Assembly (NCBI GenBank): GCA_947495295.1
Contig: CANLYJ010000004.1
Coordinates: 198,841 to 262,840 of the forward strand
Length of the DNA stretch: 64,000 nt
Origin: an uncultured Rhodobacteraceae bacterium
GTDB taxonomy: Bacteria; Pseudomonadota; Alphaproteobacteria; Rhodobacterales; Rhodobacteraceae
Reading direction: 5' to 3'
This document shows, piece after piece, positions 35,211-43,757 of the stretch. Position 1 is the stretch's first letter, and the number at the start of each line of letters is the position of its first letter. Under the pieces are notes generated by a model. It saw nothing but the letters and a program-made list of their open reading frames with translations, made no database searches and had not been told where the DNA came from. The position numbers and the translations under genes are program-made.

Positions 35211-37448
35211 GTGGCGCATTTGTTGAAGCAGGGCGATCATGGTGGTGCAGGGGCGACCGGCTTTTGGCAAGCGACAAAACTGAAAGCCAAGGGCCATCTC
35301 TTTAGACTAGTGTCACTGACACCTCAAAAGGCGATCGCAATCACGTCTCTTCCGGTTCCGGCAACCGTTCGTTTTGTACTGGCGCGCCATTTGGATCGAT
35401 TTGGCTATCAGCGCAGCGCAAAAGCGGCGCTCAAGGCAATACCCTTGACGCGTTATCCGGCCCGGTTGCAGACCAGAGCTGCGCTGATCATCGGCGGTAT
35501 GGGCCCGGACGACGACGTCGAACAGCTTATGGCAGATATCTGCGACCGGGTTTGCGATGCCCCGGAAGCTGGTGTTTGGCGTGAACTGCTGTCATGGTAC
35601 TCCGACTATTCGACATTGCCTGATGCGGACCGCTTCGCTGCAATTGAACGGCTCGCCGCTTTGCACTTTCCAAATGGTGGCAGCGCGTTTCGGCGCGACG
35701 TCGCGATTTCAAAAGCAAGAGTTGCGGTTCGACAATCCGCCAACATTCATTTTGACATTCTGGAACTGCTGCCCGCCTTCCCCGAAGACCCAAAACGATT
35801 GGCGCAGCTTTACCCTTTTGTCAAACCGCTACGGATTTGCGGCTACAGTGCAGAAGCGACAGAGATATTGACTGCGCTCAAAACTGTCGATCGCAAACGC
35901 TATTTGCATGAAATGCTGCGGAATTTCCCCGGGCTTGTCGATTCATCAGAGATACAGGTTCCAAAGAACGCCAAAGAGCAGGTGAACCTTCTATTTGCTA
36001 TGTTTTCGATGGCCGGTCTGAGCGCAGAACATCGCGGGATCTTTCAGGATATCATCTCGGCGATTCAGGCGTCTTTTCCGGATGAGCGTCTAAAAAACAG
36101 GCACCGTATTCTAAAACTGCTCACAAAACTTGGCTTGCAAGAGGAGGCGATTGAATGCCTCAATCGGGCTGATAATCCGAAGAATGAAACACTGATGTCT
36201 GCGCGCAGTTTGCGAGCATGGGAACGGTATTACGCCTATGACTTTTCGGGCGCTGCATCTGAGTTTGAAAAAGTAGTCCTTGAAGCACCAAAACAGCCAG
36301 ATGCCCTGGATGGGTTTCGTTTCTCATTGGCGCGATGCGGAAAGTCAATGTCCGAGATTTATGACCGTATTGTCGATTTGGTTGGGACACCGCGCGTTGA
36401 CTCAGAAGCGAATGTTTGGCGGCATTTTGAGCAGGGCAGTTTTGATGAGCTGGGTCGTCACTATCGGAAAGGGTCGCGTTGGAAGGCCTTGGATGAATAT
36501 CTGGGACAGCGAATGATACGGACATGGCCGTCAGATGTAAGGCCTGACAAGTCGCTATTGTTCATCGCTGATCAAGGCGTGGGTGATGAAATTAGGCAGT
36601 ACCGATTTTACAAAGAACTCACCAGAGTATTTGGGACGGTTCACGCAACCTGCGATCCGCGACTGAAGCAACTTCTGGAGTTCAATTTCCCGGAGATGAC
36701 GTTTCATCCCGTATGGCGGACGCGGCTTGGCCTGACCGACCGTGTCCATCGTATCGACAACCGTATCAAAGGTTTCAGCGGTGCTTTATATAATATCCTG
36801 AGCGAGGATATTCGTCCGCTGCTCGACAGTGTGGACTACGTCGCCAATCACTTCTCGCTGATAGCAGCCGAGGCAGAAGAAAATCTCAAGCTACCAACGA
36901 AAATTGCCGCCATCACTTCGCCGCAGGTGGAAACCTGCAAAAAAGGCGGCAAGAGATTGCGTGTTGGCGTGGTCTGGCGAAGCAGCCTGTTTCGCGGCGC
37001 GCGTCGGCTGATGTATCTCTCCGTCGAAGCGCTTGAACCGTTGGTCAAGATTGACGGTGTGGAATTTCACTGCATCCAGCACGGCTTGACACCGGAAGAG
37101 AAGGCATTTTGTGATGCCAACGGTTTAGTTGTACGGCAAGATATTGATTTGTATGACGACTTTGACGCGATGGCCGCCTACATCTCTTCGATGGACCTGG
37201 TGATCGGTATCAGCACAGTGCCCGCTGAGCTTGCTGCGGCACTGGGGGTGCCAGTTTGGTTTATGGGTTTCTCGCCTGAAAACCTGAATTTGCGCACGCT
37301 GGGTGGCACGACAGAGCAGGATCAATTGACGCCAAACGCGATTGTCATCGGCCCCAAGAACAGGGATTTCAATCGTCCGCCTCAGGAATGCATCGCGGAT
37401 ACCGTAAATGTCGTTTGCGAGCGTTTGCGAAAGGAAACACAAGGCTGA
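35211..37448 (+). CDS. Helical-repeat (TPR-like) protein with C-terminal GT-B / GT9-like glycosyltransferase domain; candidate pseudaminyltransferase
   Basis: 745 aa. The N-terminal ~400 aa are helical with a TPR-like unit (AWERYYAYDFSGAASEFEKVVLEAP). The C-terminal half has heptosyltransferase-like blocks LLFIADQGVGDEIRQYRFYKEL and MDLVIGISTVPAELAAALGVPVW. GTG start 35 nt after pseI. Confidence 0.6.
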   Translation: MAHLLKQGDHGGAGATGFWQATKLKAKGHLFRLVSLTPQKAIAITSLPVPATVRFVLARHLDRFGYQRSAKAALKAIPLTRYPARLQTRAALIIGGMGPDDDVEQLMADICDRVCDAPEAGVWRELLSWYSDYSTLPDADRFAAIERLAALHFPNGGSAFRRDVAISKARVAVRQSANIHFDILELLPAFPEDPKRLAQLYPFVKPLRICGYSAEATEILTALKTVDRKRYLHEMLRNFPGLVDSSEIQVPKNAKEQVNLLFAMFSMAGLSAEHRGIFQDIISAIQASFPDERLKNRHRILKLLTKLGLQEEAIECLNRADNPKNETLMSARSLRAWERYYAYDFSGAASEFEKVVLEAPKQPDALDGFRFSLARCGKSMSEIYDRIVDLVGTPRVDSEANVWRHFEQGSFDELGRHYRKGSRWKALDEYLGQRMIRTWPSDVRPDKSLLFIADQGVGDEIRQYRFYKELTRVFGTVHATCDPRLKQLLEFNFPEMTFHPVWRTRLGLTDRVHRIDNRIKGFSGALYNILSEDIRPLLDSVDYVANHFSLIAAEAEENLKLPTKIAAITSPQVETCKKGGKRLRVGVVWRSSLFRGARRLMYLSVEALEPLVKIDGVEFHCIQHGLTPEEKAFCDANGLVVRQDIDLYDDFDAMAAYISSMDLVIGISTVPAELAAALGVPVWFMGFSPENLNLRTLGGTTEQDQLTPNAIVIGPKNRDFNRPPQECIADTVNVVCERLRKETQG

Positions 37449-37513
37449 TCGCCTCAAGGCTGGACAGCAACGACAATGGCCCCGGTGTCAGCACCCGACT
37501 TGCCCAAGTGCGT

Positions 37514-37699
37514 TCAGTCACTCGCCGCTAAAAGTGCTTCGGTCAGTATCACCCGGTCGCCGATATGGTTGGCCAGTATTAGGATCAGGCGAGCGTTGAA
37601 ATCGGCGCTTTCTGCGGCGCTCAGCCCATCATGGGCGGCGAGTAACGTGTCGTAGAACCCATCAGGATCGGCGATATTCGGATCAAGTATCAGCGCCAT
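37514..37699 (-). CDS. DUF2783-like small protein (possible hydroxylase coupling subunit)
   Basis: 61 aa. PDGFYDTLLAAHDGLSAAESADFNARLILILANHIGD. Overlaps the 3' end of the monooxygenase gene by 17 nt. Confidence 0.6.
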   Translation of the reverse strand: MALILDPNIADPDGFYDTLLAAHDGLSAAESADFNARLILILANHIGDRVILTEALLAASD

Positions 37700-39317
37700 G
37701 AGCGGCCTCCTGTCCAAGTGTTGCGCGTAGCGCATTGGCGATGCTGTTGGCGTCAAAATCAGGCCAGCGTGCGATCACATGTTGATCCGGGCGGATCAGA
37801 TAGACTGCATGACTGTAATCGCCCAAATACCGGGCCGCCAGCGCGGGCGTCGGGGTCGGGATATGCACGATATGCGCCGTTACGCCTGCAGCTGTCACAG
37901 GCTCCGCCACGCCATCGCCGAGTACCAGTAGGGTAAAGCCTGCGCGCAGATGATCCAGCAAGAAACCATCGGCGACGGGGGCGTCCGGGCAGGCCGCACC
38001 GGGGCGGGTCACCGCGGGTCCATTCAGCGCATCCGGCCCAAATCCCGCAAAACCATCATAGATGCAAGGTACTGACAAACGACCGGAATTCACAAATGGC
38101 CGGGCAAAGGCGTGACGCCCCGCCAGATGCAGGACCGCATCGCGGAACTGTCGACTGACATCCGTTTTAGGGGTCATGAAATCGGTCGCCCGCGACGAAT
38201 TGAGGATATTCTCATCCGCCGCGAATTCCCGCTCTGTGCAGTAGTGATCCAGCAGATCGGGTGCGGCGATACCCTTGCATACCAAATCAAGCCGCCAAGC
38301 CAGGTTTTCGGCATCTTGCAGGCCTGAATTGGCCCCCCGCGCCCCAAAAGGCGACACCTGATGCGCGGCATCCCCGGCAAAGAAAACCCGCCCGGCGCGG
38401 AAATCCTGCATGCGACGGCACTGGAACGTATAGATCGACGTCCAGACCAATTCATAATCCGGGATCGTGCCGGTCTGCGATGAAAGCATCGCATCAACCC
38501 GGTTGCGGATACGGGCGGCGTCAAGCTCATGCGCGCGGTCAATCTCCCAGCCCAGTTGAAGATCAATGCGCCAGATATCATCGGGTTGCTTATGCAGCAG
38601 GGCGGATTGGCCCGCCCCTTCAAACGGGGGCTGGAACCAGAACCAGCGCTCAGTCGGAAAATCGGCCTTCATGCGGACATCGGCGATCAGGAAATTATCC
38701 TGGAATACACGGCCATCAAAGCTGAGGCCCAGCATATCGCGGCTGGGCGAACGGGCGCCGTCACAGGCGACCAGATAGTCGGCCTCCAGCTGATAAGGAC
38801 CATCGGGGGTTTGCACATCAAGCGTCACAAACGCGCCCTGATCGGCAATTGCCGTGACCCGGTTGCGGCCACGGATTTCAATTGGGGCGCGGCCTGACTG
38901 TGCGGCAACAACCGCATCATGCAGGTATTTTTCGAACAACGGCTGTTGCAGATTTATGAAGGCTGGGTTGCGGTGGCCTTGTTCGGGTAACAGGTTGAAC
39001 TCAAACAGCTTATCTTGCCCGTGAAATACTTTGCCGACCTGCCAGACGACGCCTTTTTCAACCATTGGCACTGCGGCCCCAAGCCGATGGGCGATGTCCA
39101 GCGTCCGTTTGGAGAAACAAATGGCCTTGCTGCCTTGACCCGGCCCTTCGTGATCATCCAGCACCAGAACCGGGGTGCCTTTTTGACCAAGGTCGAGGGC
39201 GAGGACCAAACCAATTGGGCCAGCGCCAATGATCACAACAGGCTGCCGGGCGGATGGTGCGGCCTGCTTGTTATAGGGGTAAAGTGTGAATTCGGTGCTG
39301 TAACGCGTATCAACCAT
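37683..39317 (-). CDS. FAD-dependent aromatic-ring monooxygenase (class A, PheA/MhpA-like)
   Basis: GAGPIGLVLALDLGQKG dinucleotide fold, DG motif (LVACDGARSPSR), GD motif (FFAGDAAHQVSPFGARGANSGLQDAENLAWRL). 544 aa. Confidence 0.85.
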   Translation of the reverse strand: MVDTRYSTEFTLYPYNKQAAPSARQPVVIIGAGPIGLVLALDLGQKGTPVLVLDDHEGPGQGSKAICFSKRTLDIAHRLGAAVPMVEKGVVWQVGKVFHGQDKLFEFNLLPEQGHRNPAFINLQQPLFEKYLHDAVVAAQSGRAPIEIRGRNRVTAIADQGAFVTLDVQTPDGPYQLEADYLVACDGARSPSRDMLGLSFDGRVFQDNFLIADVRMKADFPTERWFWFQPPFEGAGQSALLHKQPDDIWRIDLQLGWEIDRAHELDAARIRNRVDAMLSSQTGTIPDYELVWTSIYTFQCRRMQDFRAGRVFFAGDAAHQVSPFGARGANSGLQDAENLAWRLDLVCKGIAAPDLLDHYCTEREFAADENILNSSRATDFMTPKTDVSRQFRDAVLHLAGRHAFARPFVNSGRLSVPCIYDGFAGFGPDALNGPAVTRPGAACPDAPVADGFLLDHLRAGFTLLVLGDGVAEPVTAAGVTAHIVHIPTPTPALAARYLGDYSHAVYLIRPDQHVIARWPDFDANSIANALRATLGQEAAHGADT

Positions 39318-39319
39318 GG

Positions 39320-39850
39320 TCAGCCTTCGCCGCGGTAGTCGGTTGCGGAGGGAACCCGGCCATAGATCAGATAGAAATCATCCAGTTGTGGCGGCGCAAT
39401 GCCTGCGTCTTGCACCTGCACATGTGCCTGACCACGATGATGGATCTGGTGCTGGATCAGGTGCGGCAGCAGGTCGGCCACCGTTTCCTCCACGGGCCCT
39501 TCCCGCCGGTCGGTCAGCCGTGTCTGGGCGAGCACATCCTCTGTCATGTCGGCGCAGAATGCGACCAGTCGGGCATCTGCTGCGGCCTGCGCCCGCGCCA
39601 GTTCAGCAACATCCGAGATGTCTGTGCGATCATAAACAGCCCGGCCCAGACCGCCATTTTCCAGCGCGTCGAGGTAGTACAAATCAACCGCATAAATATG
39701 GTTCAGCGTTTGGCTAAGTGACGGGAAAAACCCCGGGCGGGGGGCGGCGAACGCCCCACTACCCATGCCGCTGATCGCTTTGTAAAGCGTGGCATTGGCC
39801 CAGGCGTTATTCTGCGCTGCCAGAAGGTAGGATTGCAGCGCAAAGCTCAT
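39320..39850 (-). CDS. DinB family protein
   Basis: Four-helix DinB pattern with His triad candidates (LNHIYAVD, HLIQHQIHHRGQ). ATGA overlap with the upstream gene. Confidence 0.75.
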   Translation of the reverse strand: MSFALQSYLLAAQNNAWANATLYKAISGMGSGAFAAPRPGFFPSLSQTLNHIYAVDLYYLDALENGGLGRAVYDRTDISDVAELARAQAAADARLVAFCADMTEDVLAQTRLTDRREGPVEETVADLLPHLIQHQIHHRGQAHVQVQDAGIAPPQLDDFYLIYGRVPSATDYRGEG

Positions 39851-40797
39851 CCTTGCAAGGCCGCCCACATGTCCAGATCGCGCTGGGCGGTCCAGATGCG
39901 CGGATGGGCGATGCCTTGGGCCTCATCATAGGCGCGGGCGACGTTGAAGGGCAGGCAATGTTCGTAGATTGCGTAATCGGCGAATTTCGGATCGCATTCG
40001 GCGCGGACGGCATCCCATGCCTCTTTCAGGCTGCCGCCACGGGCTGCCACGCGCGCGGCAGGACGATAGGTGCTTTCAACGAAATCACGCGTGTTTTCAA
40101 TGGCTGTATTCACCATATCCTTACCGACCAGCGCATCACCACGTCCCGGTGCGATGGCATCCACATCACAGGCCTTGATCCGGTCAAGCGTCTGGCCCCA
40201 GTCGGCGAAATACCCATCGCCGCAATAACAGGCAGAGTGATATTCGACGATGTCGCCGGTAAACATCACGTTCTGATCGGGCACATGCACCACGGCATCA
40301 CCCGCCGTATGCGCCCGCCCGATATGTTTGATATCAACACGACGTTTGCCCAGATAGACGGTCATGCTGTCGCTGAATGTCGTGGTGGGCCATGTCAGAC
40401 CGGGGATGCTTTCATGCCCTTCGAACAGGCGCGGGAAGCGTTGAAATTCGCTGTCCCAGTCTTCCTGCCCGCGTTCGGCGACCATGCCGCGCGCCGCATC
40501 TGACATGATGATCTGATCGGCGCTATAGGCGGATGCGCCCAGAACCCGCACCGCATGGTAATGGGTCAGCACCAGATGGCTGATCGGTTTGTCGGTGACG
40601 TTGCGCACCTTTTCGATCACCTTTTCAGCCAGACGCGGGGTTGCCTGCGCCTCTACAATCATCACGCTGTCATCGCCGATGATGACGCCGGAATTGGGAT
40701 CGCCTTCAGCGGTGAACGCCCAAAGGCCACGTCCGACTTCGTCGAACGTGATTTGTTTCTCTGTCATGTCGCCTTGGGATGCGAATGCCTTACTCAT
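39847..40797 (-). CDS. MBL-fold metallo-hydrolase
   Basis: HLVLTHYHAVRVLG (a variant of HxHxDH), later HTAGD and HSACY ligand positions. 316 aa. Confidence 0.75.
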   Translation of the reverse strand: MSKAFASQGDMTEKQITFDEVGRGLWAFTAEGDPNSGVIIGDDSVMIVEAQATPRLAEKVIEKVRNVTDKPISHLVLTHYHAVRVLGASAYSADQIIMSDAARGMVAERGQEDWDSEFQRFPRLFEGHESIPGLTWPTTTFSDSMTVYLGKRRVDIKHIGRAHTAGDAVVHVPDQNVMFTGDIVEYHSACYCGDGYFADWGQTLDRIKACDVDAIAPGRGDALVGKDMVNTAIENTRDFVESTYRPAARVAARGGSLKEAWDAVRAECDPKFADYAIYEHCLPFNVARAYDEAQGIAHPRIWTAQRDLDMWAALQG

Positions 40798-40872
40798 GAA
40801 TGTGGTCCTTTGTTGCGCGGTCGGATGCCTCCGGCAGGAGTATTTTTGGCAAAATGATAAGATGTGGTTTTG

Positions 40873-41832
40873 TCATGCAAGCCCTTCAACCGTTTGATCG
40901 ATGGTGCCAAAGATTTTTTGGCCATCTGCGTCATCCATCCAGATCTGGACGCGGTCGCCAGGTTGTAGGAATGGGGTTTTGGGGGTGCCTTCCAGAATGG
41001 TTTCCACCATCCGCTGTTCGGCGATGCAGGCATAGCCTGCGCCGCCCTGATCCACCGGTTTGCCCGGCCCGCCATCCAGCTTATTGGACACCGTGCCGGA
41101 GCCGATGATCGTGCCCGCAGCCAGATGTCTGGTTTTGGCGGCATGGGCGATCAGCGTGCCGAAATCGAAGGTCATGTCGATACCTGCGTCGACCCGCCCA
41201 AAGGGTTGGCCATTCAGGTCGATCTTCAGGATGCCGTGCAGTTTGCCATCCTGCCAGCCGGGCAGGGCATCTGGGCTAACCGCCACGGGCGAAAAAGCGC
41301 AGGCCGGTTTGGATTGGACAAAGCCGAACCCTTTGGCCAGTTCGCCCGGGATCAGATTGCGCAGAGACACATCGTTGCAGAGCATGACAAAACGGATCGC
41401 CGCCAGCGCCTCTGCCCGGGTGGCCCCCATCCGTACCGGGCCGAGGATCACGGCGATTTCCCCTTCGCAATCGATCCCCCAATCGGGGTCACCAATGATT
41501 GGGTCGGTGGGGGCGAGGAAGCTGTCGGACCCGCCTTGATACATCAGCGGATCGGTCCAGAAACTGTCTGGCATGTCTGCGCCCCGTGCTTTGCGCACCA
41601 ATTCGACATGGTTCACATAGGCTGATCCATCCAGGAACTGATAGGCGCGGGGCAGGGGGGAGAGGCAAAGCTCATCCCCGAAATCGGCGTCCTGCCCATT
41701 TGCTGCAAACCCGGCCCCGTCCAGCGCGCGTTGCAAGGTTGGTGCTTTGCATGTGGTGTAGGCGCGCAGGTCATCGCTGACCCGGACAAGCCCGCCATCG
41801 GGGCCGTCGTTTTGAAGGGTTGCGATCTTCAT
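40873..41832 (-). CDS. Fumarylacetoacetate hydrolase (FAH) family protein
   Basis: FAH-fold C-terminal domain (GEIAVILG..., [20 protein letters not shown]). 4-nt overlap with hmgA. Confidence 0.8.
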   Translation of the reverse strand: MKIATLQNDGPDGGLVRVSDDLRAYTTCKAPTLQRALDGAGFAANGQDADFGDELCLSPLPRAYQFLDGSAYVNHVELVRKARGADMPDSFWTDPLMYQGGSDSFLAPTDPIIGDPDWGIDCEGEIAVILGPVRMGATRAEALAAIRFVMLCNDVSLRNLIPGELAKGFGFVQSKPACAFSPVAVSPDALPGWQDGKLHGILKIDLNGQPFGRVDAGIDMTFDFGTLIAHAAKTRHLAAGTIIGSGTVSNKLDGGPGKPVDQGGAGYACIAEQRMVETILEGTPKTPFLQPGDRVQIWMDDADGQKIFGTIDQTVEGLA

Positions 41833-43190
41833 TTCTTGCCCGGCGTCCCGTCAAATTTCTTTTCCAGATCGGCCCAGCAGTCGATGTAGTCATCCTGCAA
41901 CGGGGCCTCTTTGCCAGCAAAACTGGTCAAGTGCTGGGGGAACCGGGTTTCGATCATGAAGGACATGGTGTTGTCCAGCTTTTCAGGCCCCAGATCGGCA
42001 TTGGACGCCCCTTCGAACGCATTCTTGTCCGGCCCATGGGGCAGCATCATGTTGTGCAGGGACATGCCCCCGGGGACGAACCCCTTTGGCTTGGCATCAT
42101 ATTGGCCATAGATATTGCCCATCAGTTCGGACATGACGTTTTTGTGGTACCATGGGGGGCGGAAAGTATCCTCTGCCACCATCCAGCGTTCGCGGAACAG
42201 GACGAAGTCGATATTGGCCGTGCCGGGCTGGCCCGACGGGGCGGTGAGCACCGTAAAGATCGACGGATCAGGGTGGTCAAACAGGATCGCGCCAACCGGG
42301 CAATAGGTTTTCAGATCATATTTGCAGGGGGCGTAATTGCCATGCCATGCGACCACATCAAGCGGGCTGTGCCCGATCCTGGTTTCGTGAAATTGGCCAC
42401 ACCATTTGATTGTGAGCGTCGAGGGGGTCTCCCGATCTTCAAAGGCAGCCACCGGGGTTTTGAAATCACGCGGATTGGCCATGCAATTGGCCCCGATCGG
42501 GCCACGGCCCGGCAGTTCGAATTTCTGACCATAGTTTTCGCAAACAAAGCCTCGGCAAGGCCCTTCCAGCACTTCGACCCGGTAAACCAGCCCGCGCGGG
42601 ATAATCGCAACCTCTTGCGGGGCGAGGTCGATTACCCCCAGTTCAGTGGCAAAGCGCAGACGTCCTTCCTGCGGGATCACCAGCATTTCGCTGTCGGCGG
42701 AATAGAAATAGGCGTCCTGCATGCTTTGCGTGACCAGATAGATATGGCTGGCCATGCCGACCTGCGTGTTCACATCACCTGCCGTTGTCATCGTGCGCAT
42801 GCCGGTTAGCCATGTCAGTTCTTCATCGCTATGCGGCACCGGGTCCCAGCGATACTGACCGAGGCTGGTGACATCAGCAGGGATATGCGGGGCCGATTTC
42901 CAATAGGGCAGATCGATCCGGGTATAGCGATGCGAATGCTTGACCGACGGGCGGATGCGATAGCACCAGGTCCGTTCATTCTGATGGCTGGGCGCGGTGA
43001 AGGCGGTGCCGGATAGCTGTTCACCATAAAGCCCGTAGTTGCATTTCTGCGGGCTGTTCATGCCAAGTGGCAAGGCACCGGGCAGGGCCTCAGTTTCGAA
43101 ATCATTGCCAAAACCGGGCATATAGGCGTCGGTCACCCCAACGCTTGTCGCAGCGCGGGTCAGGCCATCGGACACAGTGACTTTATTCAT
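41829..43190 (-). CDS. hmgA: Homogentisate 1,2-dioxygenase
   Basis: [40 protein letters not shown] and [13 protein letters not shown] are HmgA hallmarks. Start at MNKVT (43190). Confidence 0.92.
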   Translation of the reverse strand: MNKVTVSDGLTRAATSVGVTDAYMPGFGNDFETEALPGALPLGMNSPQKCNYGLYGEQLSGTAFTAPSHQNERTWCYRIRPSVKHSHRYTRIDLPYWKSAPHIPADVTSLGQYRWDPVPHSDEELTWLTGMRTMTTAGDVNTQVGMASHIYLVTQSMQDAYFYSADSEMLVIPQEGRLRFATELGVIDLAPQEVAIIPRGLVYRVEVLEGPCRGFVCENYGQKFELPGRGPIGANCMANPRDFKTPVAAFEDRETPSTLTIKWCGQFHETRIGHSPLDVVAWHGNYAPCKYDLKTYCPVGAILFDHPDPSIFTVLTAPSGQPGTANIDFVLFRERWMVAEDTFRPPWYHKNVMSELMGNIYGQYDAKPKGFVPGGMSLHNMMLPHGPDKNAFEGASNADLGPEKLDNTMSFMIETRFPQHLTSFAGKEAPLQDDYIDCWADLEKKFDGTPGKK

Positions 43191-43264
43191 TGGGCAGCTC
43201 CCCTTGATTATCTTCGCCCCTGATATTGGTTGCATTTGTAACTATCAATCGCCATTTTGCCAAT

Positions 43265-43711
43265 ATGACAGAAAAGACGGATTTCGATTTACAGCAGTTC
43301 ATGCCCTATCTGCTGAACCGCGCGGCAGAGGCATCAAGCCTTGATTTCCAACGCTACTACAAGGCGCGTTACGGGATGCAGCGGACCGAATGGCGGGTGG
43401 TGTTTCATCTGGGGCGTTATGGCGACCTGACCGCGAAAGAGATTTGCACCCGCGCCAGCATTCATAAGACAAAGGTGAGCCGGGCCGTTGCCGCTTTGGA
43501 AAGACGGCGCTTTCTGACCCGCCATCCTTACCAAGATGACCGGCGGCATGAATTGCTGTCATTGACCCGGGTAGGCAAGGCGGCGTTCGACGATCTGGTC
43601 GAAGAAGCGCAGCGTTTCGATGATGCGCTGATGGGCGCGTTTAATGTGACAGAGCGTGATATTCTGCGCCGCTGCCTGCGCCATATCATCAATACAGGGC
43701 AGGGCGGTTGA
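43265..43711 (+). CDS. MarR family transcriptional regulator
   Basis: Winged HTH (LTAKEICTRASIHKTKVSRAVAALERRRFLTR). Divergent from hmgA and 46 nt upstream of the dehalogenase fusion. Confidence 0.85.
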   Translation: MTEKTDFDLQQFMPYLLNRAAEASSLDFQRYYKARYGMQRTEWRVVFHLGRYGDLTAKEICTRASIHKTKVSRAVAALERRRFLTRHPYQDDRRHELLSLTRVGKAAFDDLVEEAQRFDDALMGAFNVTERDILRRCLRHIINTGQGG

Positions 43712-43757
43712 TGGCTGGCCTTGCTGTTCGGGCCGTGCTGCGTTTAGGTGTCGCCAA

